A DNA stretch of 63,965 nt, the filler included, from Gonapodya sp. JEL0774 (taxonomy: Eukaryota): assembly GCA_027604505.1 (NCBI GenBank). It is 3 parts of 3 records of this genome, joined end to end, with 100 filler letters (N's around TTAATTAATTAA, not from the genome) between each part and the next. Parts side by side here need not be neighbours in the genome. Positions count along the whole stretch, not along the records: positions 24,354 to 48,047 come from JADIIX010000231.1; 2 more parts are not named here. One strand, 5' to 3'. How positions within the stretch are numbered: the stretch's first letter is position 1; the number at the start of each line of letters is the position of its first letter. The notes under the pieces were generated by a model. It had not been told where the DNA came from, made no database searches, and was given only the letters and a program-made list of their open reading frames with translations. The position numbers were made by a program, and so were the translations under genes. This document shows positions 26,237 through 39,900 of this stretch, piece after piece.

Positions 26237-27450
26237 ATGCTCAATACATTTTTTACTTCAGTTCGTCGTGGCTCTCGGTCAGCGGCGCCTGTGGAGTCAA
26301 AGCAGCATTTAAACTCGCCACAACGACAGCTCACACCGGAGGATGTTTTGGAGCTGAACAAGAACTGGGCGACGGAGATGGGATTGCTGTATCCATCATT
26401 TTTTGAAGACTTGGCGAAAGGGCAAGCGCCACAGTACTTCTGGATCGGTGAGTTCAGTGGATTGGGTCAACATATCGTTTCGCCGGCAACAAAGTTGATC
26501 CGTTATCGATATGATGATGGAATTTAATTCGTCCACACTGCGGCGCTCAAACGCACGCTGCACGCTTCTAGGGTGCTCGGATGCGCGTGTACCGCCCAAC
26601 GTGGTTTTGGGCATGGAACCAGGGGAGCTTTTTGTCCATCGGTAAGCCGAGGCTAGGGAAGTTCCCCAAAACCAGCCATCATCAAAATCGGGTACCGCTT
26701 TCCTCTAGAAATATTGCCAATTGCGTCTACGCACAAGATCTGAATGTTCTGGGCGCACTACAGTATGCGGTAGAGGTTCTCAAAGTCAAGTACATTCTGG
26801 TGCGTGACATGGCTCCCAACCAGCGATATCGTGATTCTCCACACTCTCCATAGTGTATCAGTAACTCTAAATTACTTCTCTCTATTGTTATCGTGATGAT
26901 ATCACAGGTGGTCGGGCACTACGGCTGTGGAGGTGTTCGTGCTGCCATGAGTGAGTCGCATCTCAACCTCCACCCTTTCCCTAGTACCTCACACCTCAAA
27001 TAACAGGTGACGACGACCTCGGTACTCTCGATAACTGGTTGCGTCCTATAAAAGAGCTCTACGAGTCCAAGCAAGCGACCTTGTCAGCTATCAAGGAAAC
27101 TGTCCATCAAACCAATGCCCTCGTGGAGTTCAACGTTGTCAAGAGCGTGGAGAGTGTCTGTAGGACACGATCTGTACAGAATGCGTGGAAGAGTGGGAGG
27201 GAGCTCCATGTAATTGGTGGGTGCCGGCTGCGATGGAGTCGCAGGGCTGCCCCTACCATTTCTAATGGTATTACATTTCACCCTCGTGAATATGAATCGT
27301 GTTTTCATGCCTCAAGGGTGGGTCTATAGCCTACAGAACGGCATCATTAGGGACCTCAAAGTTCGCGCCAAAGGACCTGGGGATGTGGCGGGCATTACAG
27401 CAATTCTCGCGGCTGATAAACTACCAGGATCTGCTCCGGCGACCCCTTGA
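26237..27450 (+). CDS. Beta-class carbonic anhydrase, copy 2
   Basis: [59 protein letters not shown]; same intron positions as copies 1 and 3. Confidence 0.95.
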
Positions 27451-27684
27451 TGGATAAACCACGTATCGTACATATCACATGTAACATCTGCACTTGGCGC
27501 CACTTGGGCGACTCGGGAAGCACCACTATTTGTTGAACTGGCACTACCATATTATGAAATTTAAGCATGAAATACAATTGATGTCGTAATTGGCAGCACA
27601 AGCGTACCCTTTTTGGTACACGTGCTATGTAATCGTGTCGCCTCAGTGGCCATACGCCTCCATATTCCCCGATCCGCCCCACGA

Positions 27685-28879
27685 ATGTTGCGAAACTTTT
27701 TCCTGCCAGCGCGTCGCGATTCCCACCCGCATTCGCCCACAGAATCGAAAGGTCATGATGACCACTCCCCTTCGCCAGACACACATCGCCACTTGACTCC
27801 CAAACAGATTTTGGAACAGAACAAGGCATGGGCAGCTGAAATGGAAGCAACTCACCCGGGATTCTTCGCAGATCTCGCCAAGGGTCAGACACCAGAGTAT
27901 TTGTGGATAGGTGAGCGGTTGTACTTGCCGAACTGTTGAATGTGAATCGGGATCAGCAGCTGGAGCAGTGATAAGTATCCGTGATCGGCAAACTAATATG
28001 TCGTTGGCACACTCCATGACCCACGCCATATTGCTCTGCCAGGCTGCTCCGACTCGCGCGTGCCGCCAAATGTCGTTCTGGGCATGGATCCAGGCGAACT
28101 CTTTGTTCATCGGTGAGCTCATAATATATTGGAGTGTAACCACCACGAACCAGTCACCAAGCTTTATAAAATCCCCGATAGGAACATCGCAAACTGTGTC
28201 TACTCGCAGGATTTGAACGTTTTGGGTGCCCTACAATATGCGGTCGAAGTTCTTCACGTGAAGTATATTCTCGTGAGTGATGCAATGGCGTAGAATGCGA
28301 ATAAACTGACACAGTCCTCTAACAGTATGTACATCTCACACTTGCTTCAGGTTGTTGGTCACTACGGATGTGGCGGTGTTCGAGCTGCAATGAGTGAGTG
28401 CTTCATTTGCTCTCCCGCCGTTGATCACAAATGGAAGCCGCATTCTGCGTCCGTCCATCTTCTCAGGCGACGAAGAACTCGGAACACTTGATAACTGGCT
28501 GCGGCCCATCAAAGATCTCTTTGAAGCCAAGGAGCGCGTTCTCGCGAGCTACAAGACCGAGGAACAAAGAACCAACGCGATGGTCGAATTCAATGTCATA
28601 AAGAGCGTCGAGAGCGTGTGCCATTCGACCTCGGTACGCAAGGCCTGGAAAGCTGGACAAGAGCTCCATGTTCTTGGTGAGTGTCGTTTGTTTTGAATTG
28701 GAGCACTTCAGAGCTTTGAATGACGGAACGCCCATTGACCTGACCTCTGGTCCAATTCAGGCTGGGTCTACAATCTCGAGAATGGGATCATGAAAGATTT
28801 GAAGGCGGAAGCTTCGGGGCCTAAGGATCTGGCGCATATTACATCGTTGCTGGCACCCGGCCACCATTTGCAACATTAG
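27685..28879 (+). CDS. Beta-class carbonic anhydrase, copy 3
   Basis: [62 protein letters not shown]; stop TAG at 28877-28879. Confidence 0.95.
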
Positions 28880-29073
28880 CAGAACGGGACGTGACTTCTT
28901 CACATTTCCCCACCACAAGAAAGCAATTGGTTGATGTTTCTATGAGTTCTATGAGTTCGATGGTATTCTAGTTGTATTATAGTCGTACACAAAGTATTTT
29001 TGACAGTCGGTTGTGTGTCGGGCCGGAGCAATCCGAAGTCTTCTCAAGCTATCGATCCTAAAGCGCCAAGTCA

Positions 29074-30686
29074 ATGGCCGAACAGGAAGCAGTCGTAACC
29101 GTAGAAGGGCGGATTGGTATCATTCGGTGTGTTCCTCGCCGAATCGGTGGATGATGGGTGAACGACACCGTTTAAACCACCACGGGACCTTCCAACAGAT
29201 TCAACCGCCCCCGTCGCCTGAATGCATTCACGGAACAGATGTTTATCAATTTGATGGAGGGCTTGAAAATGTTGGACGAGCACCCCGACACGGTCTTCAC
29301 TGTGGTGAGTCGTAGATTCGCGAGAACAGAAGCTGCTAGAGTCCAACCTAAATCTTCTGCTCGCGGAATCAAGATCACGGGTACAGATCGATTCTTCTCC
29401 TCTGGTATTGATGTTCTGGACCAAGCCAGTGGGAAGGGGCAGCCTACCGACGATATGTCGTACCAGGAGAGGAAAAACGCGTACGCGAGGAATGGGTCTA
29501 GGGGGCTAGAAATGATGAGGTTGATGATTGACGTGGGTTTTAATGGGAAAGACAAGTTTCCGAAGGCGAAGAGGTGGTTACATTGTTTTTCACGCACACA
29601 GCACAAGAAAGTGCTAGTTGTGGCACTCAACGGTCCTGCGGTCGGTACGTTACCGTCTGAAGCTGGTATGATTTGTTACTTTAACCTGGGTACCCGTGGT
29701 TGTGCTCTTAGGTGGAGGAGCTGCCTGGTTCTTGGGTGTTGCTGGTGTGTTTCTCGTTTACATTTGCGAATCGGCCCTTGCTTACCTCATGTCTCATCTC
29801 CAGATCTTGTCTATGCCAGTGATACGGGTTAGTGTCGTTCCGTTTCTCACCTCGACATTCCTTCCAAGTACCAGTCAGCTGAGCGAGACATCCCCCGACG
29901 ACCACAGCCTGGATCCAAATCCCCTTCAACGCCCTCGGTCTGGTCCCCGAGCTAGGATCCGGTGTGTTGTATCCGCAGCACACGGGCATGCGGAAGACTG
30001 CCGAGGTGCTCATGTTTGGTAAGAAGTGGAACGCCGAGGAAATGGAGAGGGCCGGGTTGGCAAAGTGAGTGTGTTCCACGAGGAAGATTCGCTTCAGAAT
30101 CGATATATATGCTCATACGTGTTGCCCGATAGCCAAATCTTCAGAACCAACGGATTCCTCGAGACAGTCCAACGGTACTTGAACGAGCAGCTCGAAGTAA
30201 ACGACGGGATCAGTATCATGGTACGTTCACTAAAGCGTTGGCATAACCCAGACAAAATTCACTCATCCATTTAATTCAGGAATGCAAAAGGCTGATGGTG
30301 GAACCCGTCAGAGAGGCGCGTATGCTAGCCGGTGAGTGATTGAATTTCAGCATTTAGGCGTTGCGGCTCTTCGAATGATGAAAAATTGGAAAACTCGTTG
30401 GTTGTGGTCCTATTTATCAGTCTATCGGGCTGTAGACGCTCTTACCGCAGTGTGAGTGTCAGCGACACACTTTGTTGTCACGATGTGCAACTTATCAAAC
30501 AAGCCCAATTCTTCTTCACCAGACAAGCTTCGGGGCGTCCCGGAGTGCGATTCAAGGCCAAACAGAAAGCACTTGCTGGTGAGTGATTAGCTTTTTGGTA
30601 ACCGTGGCCTGGGGATAAAGCGTTGACGAGCCGCTGACTTGTACTCGGAACTTCCAGAGAAAAGCGCGTCAAAGTCTAAAATTTGA
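29074..30686 (+). CDS. Crotonase-family peroxisomal delta3,delta2-enoyl-CoA isomerase (ECI1-like), many short exons
   Basis: MAEQEAVVTVEGRIGIIR|FNRPRRLNAF, TGTDRFFSSGID, VALNGPAVG|GGAAWFLG, IPFNALGLVPELGS; reconstructed C-terminus KSASKSKI* (PTS1-type SKI). Confidence 0.88.
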
Positions 30687-30800
30687 TCCCCGACGCACTG
30701 TCACTGGAATTTCGATGGATAATGAGGCGTACTGCGAATCGCAGTGTTCAGGAAACTTTGACAAAAATGGAATACAGTGAATTGTAATCAGGCTTCTAGG

Positions 30801-31486
30801 TCATGCTTGATACATCCAAACTCCCAGCTGAGGCGAGTCCCTTTTGAGACGAAGTTCTCCAATTTTCGACAAATCAAACAGTATTGCAAGAATGCGAGCA
30901 CCCCGGTGATAATGTTCCAGTATGATGTTTCGCACCGCCGGAAGGCTATTGGTCTCTCCCAATAGACATACTACAACAACATCTGCAGGAGTCCGGGCAC
31001 GAGATTCTTTCGTGAGATCGCCAGCGGCGAAAATACAGGCTCCTTGGGCCATTCGTGGTAAGTTCTCATCGAAGTTTTCGATGACAGCGACCCCGCATTG
31101 CTCCGCTATCTGACGAGCTGTATTGGTGAGCTCTTCATCAAGCTCCAGTCCGATTGCGAGTTTCGCTTGATAGTCTTGTACAGCGGCGATGCAGAAACGT
31201 CCGTCTCCTGAGCCAAGCTCCAGAAGCGTCAATCCTGGCTCTGTGAGGGCCATGTCAAGCGCTTCCTAAGATCGAAGAGCATTAGCGAATATAGTAACAG
31301 GCAGCTTCTGAGTTTGATCAGCTCGTGTACCTTCACGACAGCTCTGGAGGAGGGAAGATATGGAGCAAGCACACCGATTTCGATATCGGAATCGAGCATT
31401 GCAGGGAAAGGTGAGCTCGCGATATCGTCGAATCCATCTTCGTAAACTTCTGTCCAGGTGCGACGCCGCGAAGGATTTGATGCCAT
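30801..31486 (-). CDS. Class I SAM-dependent methyltransferase (FAM173/ATPSCKMT-like)
   Basis: APYLPSSRAVV|..LLELGSGDGRF (motif I), AIGLELD, AGDL, DVVVVCL; one intron at about 31270-31330. Confidence 0.8.
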
Positions 31487-31608
31487 CAGAAAAACAATTA
31501 TCAAAGAAGTATTGAGGGTAATTTTGTCTGTGCAATCGTGCGCAACACAACGCTGTGGCCTCGACCACAGCGGACAACACGAGCTGGTTATCTGCGCAAA
31601 GTTTACTA

Positions 31609-33681
31609 ATGCTTGACCGGCTGCCCTTTGAGATTGTGTCAGCTATACTGCAGGTCGGAGTTTTTGATGTGGATTTCGGACTGGCCAATGGGGTGCTGAA
31701 ACAGAGGGACATCGCCAATATCGCCCTGGTTTGCAAGAATCTGCACGCTGCTGCAGGTCAGTGAGCTTGCTTTATGTATTTTTGTTGGATGCAAGGGAAC
31801 CGATGCGGTTTACCTTCTTAAGTTCCCATACTCTATCGAAACCCGTCCTTCGTTCTTGGAGTTCAAAGACCAGCATCGTCGATCACGGAGCCGTCAGAAG
31901 ACGGTCAGATCTCAACGACGTCCCCGGAGCCAGACATTAAGTCTCTGAAATCTTTCGCCAGAGCTTTGGGTGCCATGTCCTCTTTGCAACTAGTGTCCTC
32001 TCTGGAACTGGAACTTGCGTTTCTCGGCTCTTGTAAACCAGACACAGTGAGCCTCCCTACAACATACGAAAACATGGCCTCTCTCTTAAGAAGTTTGCGT
32101 GGTGAGCTATCCAATCTTCGTGCTTTATCGCTCAAATCCCCTCCAAAATCGGCAAGGCTTTGGGAGACACCACCCTTGCCACTCAATGTCTTGGAGGAGC
32201 TCGCATTGCTAAAGCCGAAAATTTTGAGCGATGATGGAGAATTGACAGACTTATCTCAGCACGAGCATTGCTCCCTGTCTCATCTCGTCATCCAGCATTT
32301 CGCAATTCTCCCGGAATTCTTTGCCCTTCTTCCGGAACAGTTTCCCAACATAACGTCTCTACATTTGGATGCATCGGACTTTAGTCTTGACGCACTTGCT
32401 GGAGCAGTGAAGAAGATGGAACGGCTCACGGACCTATCCCTATGTCGGACAAAATGCCTTGTTCATGATGTTCGGGCTCGGTTGCCAGAGGTCATTCGTA
32501 ATCTCTATTCACTGCAACCTCCACAGCTAAGCCGTGGATTCGACGTAGTGGACGCTTTAACAGTGGAAGGTCAGTCTGTTCTCAAATCACTGACTATTCA
32601 CCATCCTGGCCTCGACGAAGGCGCAATCATTGCCATTTCAAAGAAATGTAGCAATCTAAAGGAGCTCCACATCGAAGCCGGACAGTATATTGGAGACACT
32701 GGTATTTTGGCGCTCTGCGCCAACCCCGCAATATGTCGAACATTGCAGCGCCTCCACTTCACTGAAAAAACGATCACCACAATCGGTATCCAGGCGATTA
32801 CAGCTGGGGTAACAGTTCGCAACGTGGTGGGGCCTCACGGTGGGCTTAACCGCAAACGGGTTTCAGTAAACGATCACCAAGTTGCGCCGGTCAGGGAATC
32901 ACCCATGGAGGAAACCCCCACAATTGACGACATGACGTTTCGCACATCAGGGCTTAGAGCATTAACACACTTGATGCTCGGAGATATGCACCTCGGTCGT
33001 CTTGAGGTACAATACCTCGGACAACTTCCCAAGCTCCGGCACTTGAAGCTCCAAAACTGTGGTGGTGTCGGCTTATGGGACCTCCTCCATTTGACATTCT
33101 GCGCGGTACCAGATATCACCGATGCTGCTTCGGCAAACTCTGAGCACGTTCCAAATTTGTCGCCGGCGAGATCACTGCTGACTCTTAACGTAACGTTCAC
33201 TGGAGTTCCACGGGACGCTCTCAAACCGTGCCCTCAATGTTTTGCCATTATTCCGATGGTCACTGATTTTCTGGAAACGCAACTGACACCAACATCGTCC
33301 TTCGAGTCAAGCACCGAGAGCAGTACGAACCAACCGGAAAAGACTCCTGCTTTTCGCTTCGAGGTCTCAAACAATGTAAAACAGGTCGCTACACTTTTGA
33401 GACGAGGGGGACTGTCCAACGTGGACATTCAAATAATCCTCTGTGATAATCCCCGGTGTGAGAAGCTGGGTCCGACGAGACTACTGAAATGCGGGAACTG
33501 CTGGAAGTTTCAATACTGCAGGTGCGTGAGCTCATTAAACGGCTTACTTGCGATCTTGTTAGTGGTTTGCAAGCTCAGTTTTCTGACTTGAGTTGTCCTG
33601 ATCATTGACAGTTCCGTTTGCAATCGCGCGCATTACTTCGTACACGACCCTTTATGCGTGCCAGCTGAACCTGACGATTAG
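31609..33681 (+). CDS. F-box + LRR (RNI-like) + C-terminal MYND zinc-finger protein
   Basis: LDRLPFEIVSAIL..IALVCKNLH (F-box); LRRs (FPNITSLHL, CSNLKELHI..IGDTGI, LPKLRHLKLQNC); CDNPRC..LKCGNCWKFQYC|SSVCNRAHYFVHDPLC (MYND, completed by an exon from 33612). Confidence 0.82.
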
Positions 33682-33770
33682 AGTTGATGATAATTATTGA
33701 TTTTTCCCTTTGAACGCCGGTTGGTGAGAATAGATTTTGTGGACTGTGGAACTCACTTGATCGAACAAAT

Positions 33771-34988
33771 ATGGAGGAAGCTGAACGATTTGAAAATGCG
33801 ACATCTACTGAAGAAGAAATAGTTGCTCTCACTGCGATCTTCGAGTGTGACCCCTCACCTCGAGATGATGGCAATCGATCGCTCTCAGTTCGCCTGACCG
33901 TGTCTCCGTCCACATCTGTGACTCTGGCACTGCTCTTCCTCGATACGTATCCCTCTCGAGATGCACCCTTATGGGAGATATCTTCCAATGGCATGTTACC
34001 AGGACGTTTGCACGGGGATTCGATACCTTTCAGGCTATCTGACGATGATATTCGGGACGTTGAACACAATTTTGAGTCGCTGTGGGAGACCAACAAGGGA
34101 TTTGTTGTAGTATTTGAGTGGATAGAATGGCTAAAGGAATTTTTGACAAAGTACAGTGATGCGGAAGGGACAGCTGAGCCTTCGGTACATGATCCACAAG
34201 AGCTGTTTTACGGTGAAGGCGATGGAGTAGACCAGGCCGTTTCCGATATCGAGGAAGGGAACAAAACGGTGGAGCTGATATCTGTGGACGACTTGACAGA
34301 AGATTTGGCAATGTCGTCCCTGAGAATCGCTGAAGAGGCTGATCCGATTGTCTTCCATTCATCTAAACCACTTGTGTGAGTCATATCTGCCAGGAGAAAC
34401 TAATTCTCAAGATCTGGAGCTCACCGCAATGCCTTCGTTTCACTTCATGTAGTGATCGAAAATCAGTCTTTGTTGCCCACCTCTCACCAGTGTCATCCCC
34501 CGCGGAATTCAAAAACTTCCTGAACCACCTCCTGACTGACCGACGTATCGCCCGGGCTACTCACAATATATCCGCCTACCGCATAGTCAAGCAGGTCAGT
34601 ACCGGATCTAAAGTGTCAAAGTCTGATGCTCCAATAATCCAGCAAGATTGCGATGACGATGGCGAGACAGCCGCTGGAGGCCGGCTTCTCCACCTAATGG
34701 AAATCGTGGACGCTCGCAATGTTGCGGTGGTAGTTTCAAGATGGTGAGTGCTTCTGGTCATTGCCATTGCGGAGGACCATGTCGACTTCGCAAATTTTTT
34801 TGAGAATGGCCCCCGATGTCCTTTCAACTCTCAGGTATGGAGGTATACAACTTGGCCCGGACCGGTTCAAACACATTAACAGTGTGGCTCGAAGTGTGTT
34901 GGACGAACATGGCTTTATAAACGGTGGGAAACGCGGCTCTGGTGCGGATGTTCAGGGAAAGAAAGGTCAAGGAAGAAAGAAGCGATGA
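33771..34988 (+). CDS. YIH1: IMPACT/YIH1 protein (RWD + UPF0029 domains), regulator of GCN2 signalling
   Basis: EEIVALTAIF..YPSRDAP..VVVFEWIEWLKE (RWD); DRKSVFVAH, ATHNISAYRI, DCDDDGETAAGGRLLHLM, VVVSRW|YGGIQLGPDRFKHIN. Confidence 0.93.
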
Positions 34989-35130
34989 CCGTTTACGGAA
35001 TACAATGAACTGAGCAAGAGCCCCACACAGCAGCGTGTAGACAGACTTCAATTGGTTATGATTCGCTTTTTCGCATGTAATTCAAGAGGCGCGCAGCTAC
35101 TACAGCTACAGTAATAACTACATACACTGT

Positions 35131-36658
<1,528 letters not shown>

Positions 36659-36945
36659 ACCGTGAACTCTTTTGTTGAAGTTTCTGATACCCTGCACCTG
36701 CAGTGCTGGGTGGGTTAAGTTTCCTCAGCCAGCTAACACCTACTTTGTTTACGAACCGGCACCTGTGAAATTGTGGTGCAAAGTCCTGAGCAGGCGGAGC
36801 CCATTGATACCTACATTGACCTGCAATGCTTAATGCTGTGGAAACTGCAGTTTACTCATTGCATATTCGACAGCTGAATTCACATCAAAACGGTTGGCAA
36901 TGCAGCGCCTGAAAGTAAATATAGACATAATGCACCACTTCATAG

Positions 36946-39900
36946 CTACTGGTCGTGGAACTGTATCAGATTCTCTGGTGGCAGCTCTTCAGGTGGCTTC
37001 ATCTGTGATCAATCCATCCAGGCACAGAAGTGGTCATCCCAAATTGCCTGCTCAGTGAGTAAAAATTAATTCCTAAACAACATACCTCGTCGATTGTTTC
37101 CCGGATGGCTTGCATCCACCGGTCCAAGTCTCGGGTGTCGTCAACTTGAAACAGAACCTGCGCTTTTCCTGACGGTTTGACACGAAACACATTTTTCCTT
37201 TTCGTGTAGTCAGCTGGTATTTCTACGGATGATGATGCCGAGAGATCAATAATTTGAATGGGATGCTTCTGGGGATATTGGGCAGCATGGTAAGATGAGA
37301 ACCGGTAGGCTGAACCAATTTGACTGGGATTGGCACGAGGCCCCGGAAGGATGAACACTTACCAGATCTACTATCGCAGACGTGATACTATTTGGACTCG
37401 AAGACTTGTGAAGTTTGTTCTTGTATCGAAACATTAACAATGCGGATCCGCGGAGGACCAACGCCACCTTTGTCCAGCTCCGGTTGGCCGCCCGCCGCCC
37501 TTCCTCATCGAGTTCATCCTTCTTTGTCACCGTACCCTGAATAGAAGATTTCTCTGACTTCACTGAAGTGACATTGGATGTTGCACGCAAATGAGTTGGT
37601 GACATTTCATTCGAAGTATCAACCCTCGGGGTACTAGGCTCTCCAACTGTCGAGTCCGGTGAGTTGCTAGTTGTAGATCCAGTCCCATCAGATATGCCAA
37701 TAGTTGACGGCGAAGTTGGAGACATCATACCGTACAAAGTCGTCGGTGAGAGGTTGTCAAGATTGGTGTCGACAACAGAAACAGCAAGATGTGTACGCAA
37801 GGCCGGAGGCAGTACAAAAGGTGTACTCGGGACAGCGTTGTTCGTTTCTGGTGCACTGTTCGACGCACGGGAAAGTGAAGGTGTTGCACCAACAGGCCCA
37901 GTTCGCCATGGCTCCAAGTCCATGATGGTGCTTTGGCCCATTGCAGAGTCCTTGAGCTGGGCGGATCCAGCACTGGCATGATCAGTACTTTGTCTACTTC
38001 TTGATGCAGAAGCTCCACCCATCGTTTTCGACCGACTTCCACTGCTACTCGAGGAATGATCTTTTGCATGGTGTCCCCGCTGCTCGGCCTGAGAGTCGCC
38101 TTTATCCGGAATAACGATATCTCCAGCCAGAACTAGATCCAGGAACTTCATGTCGTCGGCCGCGTCATCCTCAATCGTGCTGTAGCCAACGCCCTTGGCC
38201 TTTTTGTTACCACCAGTGTTCACCGTTTTCCATTTTCTTTGATCGATGAGCACATCTCGGCCAACGTTACCTCCTTTGCCGCCGGTGGAGCGAGCTGCCA
38301 TGGAAAAGTACCCTGTCACTGTGCGAGACTTTTGCTCCGATGTCAGGGCAATTGATGCATTTTGAGTCGGCTCAGATTGCGCGGTGACTGGCAAATGTTC
38401 CTGGAGATCCGACAAGTATAAGACCCAGAGGAATATCAAGGTCAGAATGAAGTGCAAGAGATTTCTTTGCATTGGGTTCTCACCGAGTTAGATGCTTTCA
38501 TGTTGGATGTCCCATTTACGGCGGAACCGGGCTCGGGTATTATGTCCGGTTGATTACCATCACTAAGACCAGTTCGCAGTCGCTTCTTGTCTTCATTTTC
38601 GATTTCTACATCCATTACCTTGCTTGGCGATGAATTTGGAGTTTCTTTTGGTTCAAGTTGGTATGACATTGCGTAAAATGTGTCCTCGTGCATTGCCCTG
38701 AGCTCCTCAATATACTTGTCGGAGGTCAATAAGGTTTGAAGGGGTTGAATGATTTCATAGTCATACTTAGAGTTTTGGGCATTGCGAATTAACTCGTCAA
38801 TCAGGGCCGTAATCTGCGGCGTTCAAGTATGACGACAAAATGTGGAGAGTGAATCGGCATTAGTCTTACCTGGCTCTCCCGTTCGGTTTCGTGCCCAGTT
38901 CCGGGTCTGTCCACCTTCTCCTTCTTTCTTGCTTCATTTAGATATATGAGATCGAGCAGATAAACTCCAAGAAATGGAACGTGGGCCTGTTTTATTGCCT
39001 TTCGAATCTCCTTTCGCAGTGACTCGTAGTTTGAGTCTGGAGCAAGAGCTTCGGCCAATTTATCGAGGACCGATTTGTCTTTTCGGGAGATGCCCTGCAC
39101 AATTTTTTTCATGTCAGACCTTTCGAATTCACTCTTATTGGACGAAACGAACAAAATTCGGGTGCTCACAGCCCAAGTTTTCTCCAGTCGCCAGACTGGC
39201 GTACTCTGCAAACCTCCGAGAATTGCTTTCGCGCTGTGAAAGTCATTGAAGTCCATGCAACATTTTGCAATGGTGATGAAATGTGACATTCGCGCCATAC
39301 GGCGCTTCAGATTGGCCGACTCGAGTATCTCTGCTGTGACCCATAGAGCGAGCTTTTGCTTTTCCATGAGACAGTGCGATCGGGTGATACACCTGAAGGA
39401 AAATTTACCTTGTTGAACTGGCCCGTCATAGCAACAATGTTAGGCGCTTTGATCCGCCTCTCCGACGGAGAATCCCAAGCCATGGAAGCATACTCAGAGC
39501 GCTCGATCTTGGAGAAAAGAGCGCAATCAATGAGACAGAGTTGTTTCTGGGAGAGCCGTTGAATGGTAAACCATCGCAAGTTGATCGAGTCCAGAAATTA
39601 TAGATTCATTTTCGCTCACAGCAACGAGTTTTGGATCAAGTTCTACAAAGTCTGTCAATGCAGGATCAAAGCCGCTCTGATTGCTCAAAGGTCCCTTGAG
39701 TCCCGCTAGCGATTGCATTGCAGAATACTTGAGTACTGGCGTGAATGGAGACGCTGAACACAACTCAACTCACCGGAGCTCCCCTTTCCGCGTTCGGGCC
39801 TCATATCAAAGTTCCCGGGTGAATTTACTCCTACGACATGCATCCGAATGGATCCTTCGCTTCTTAGTTTGCGATGTCCATACGTCCGGCCCGAAAGGGA

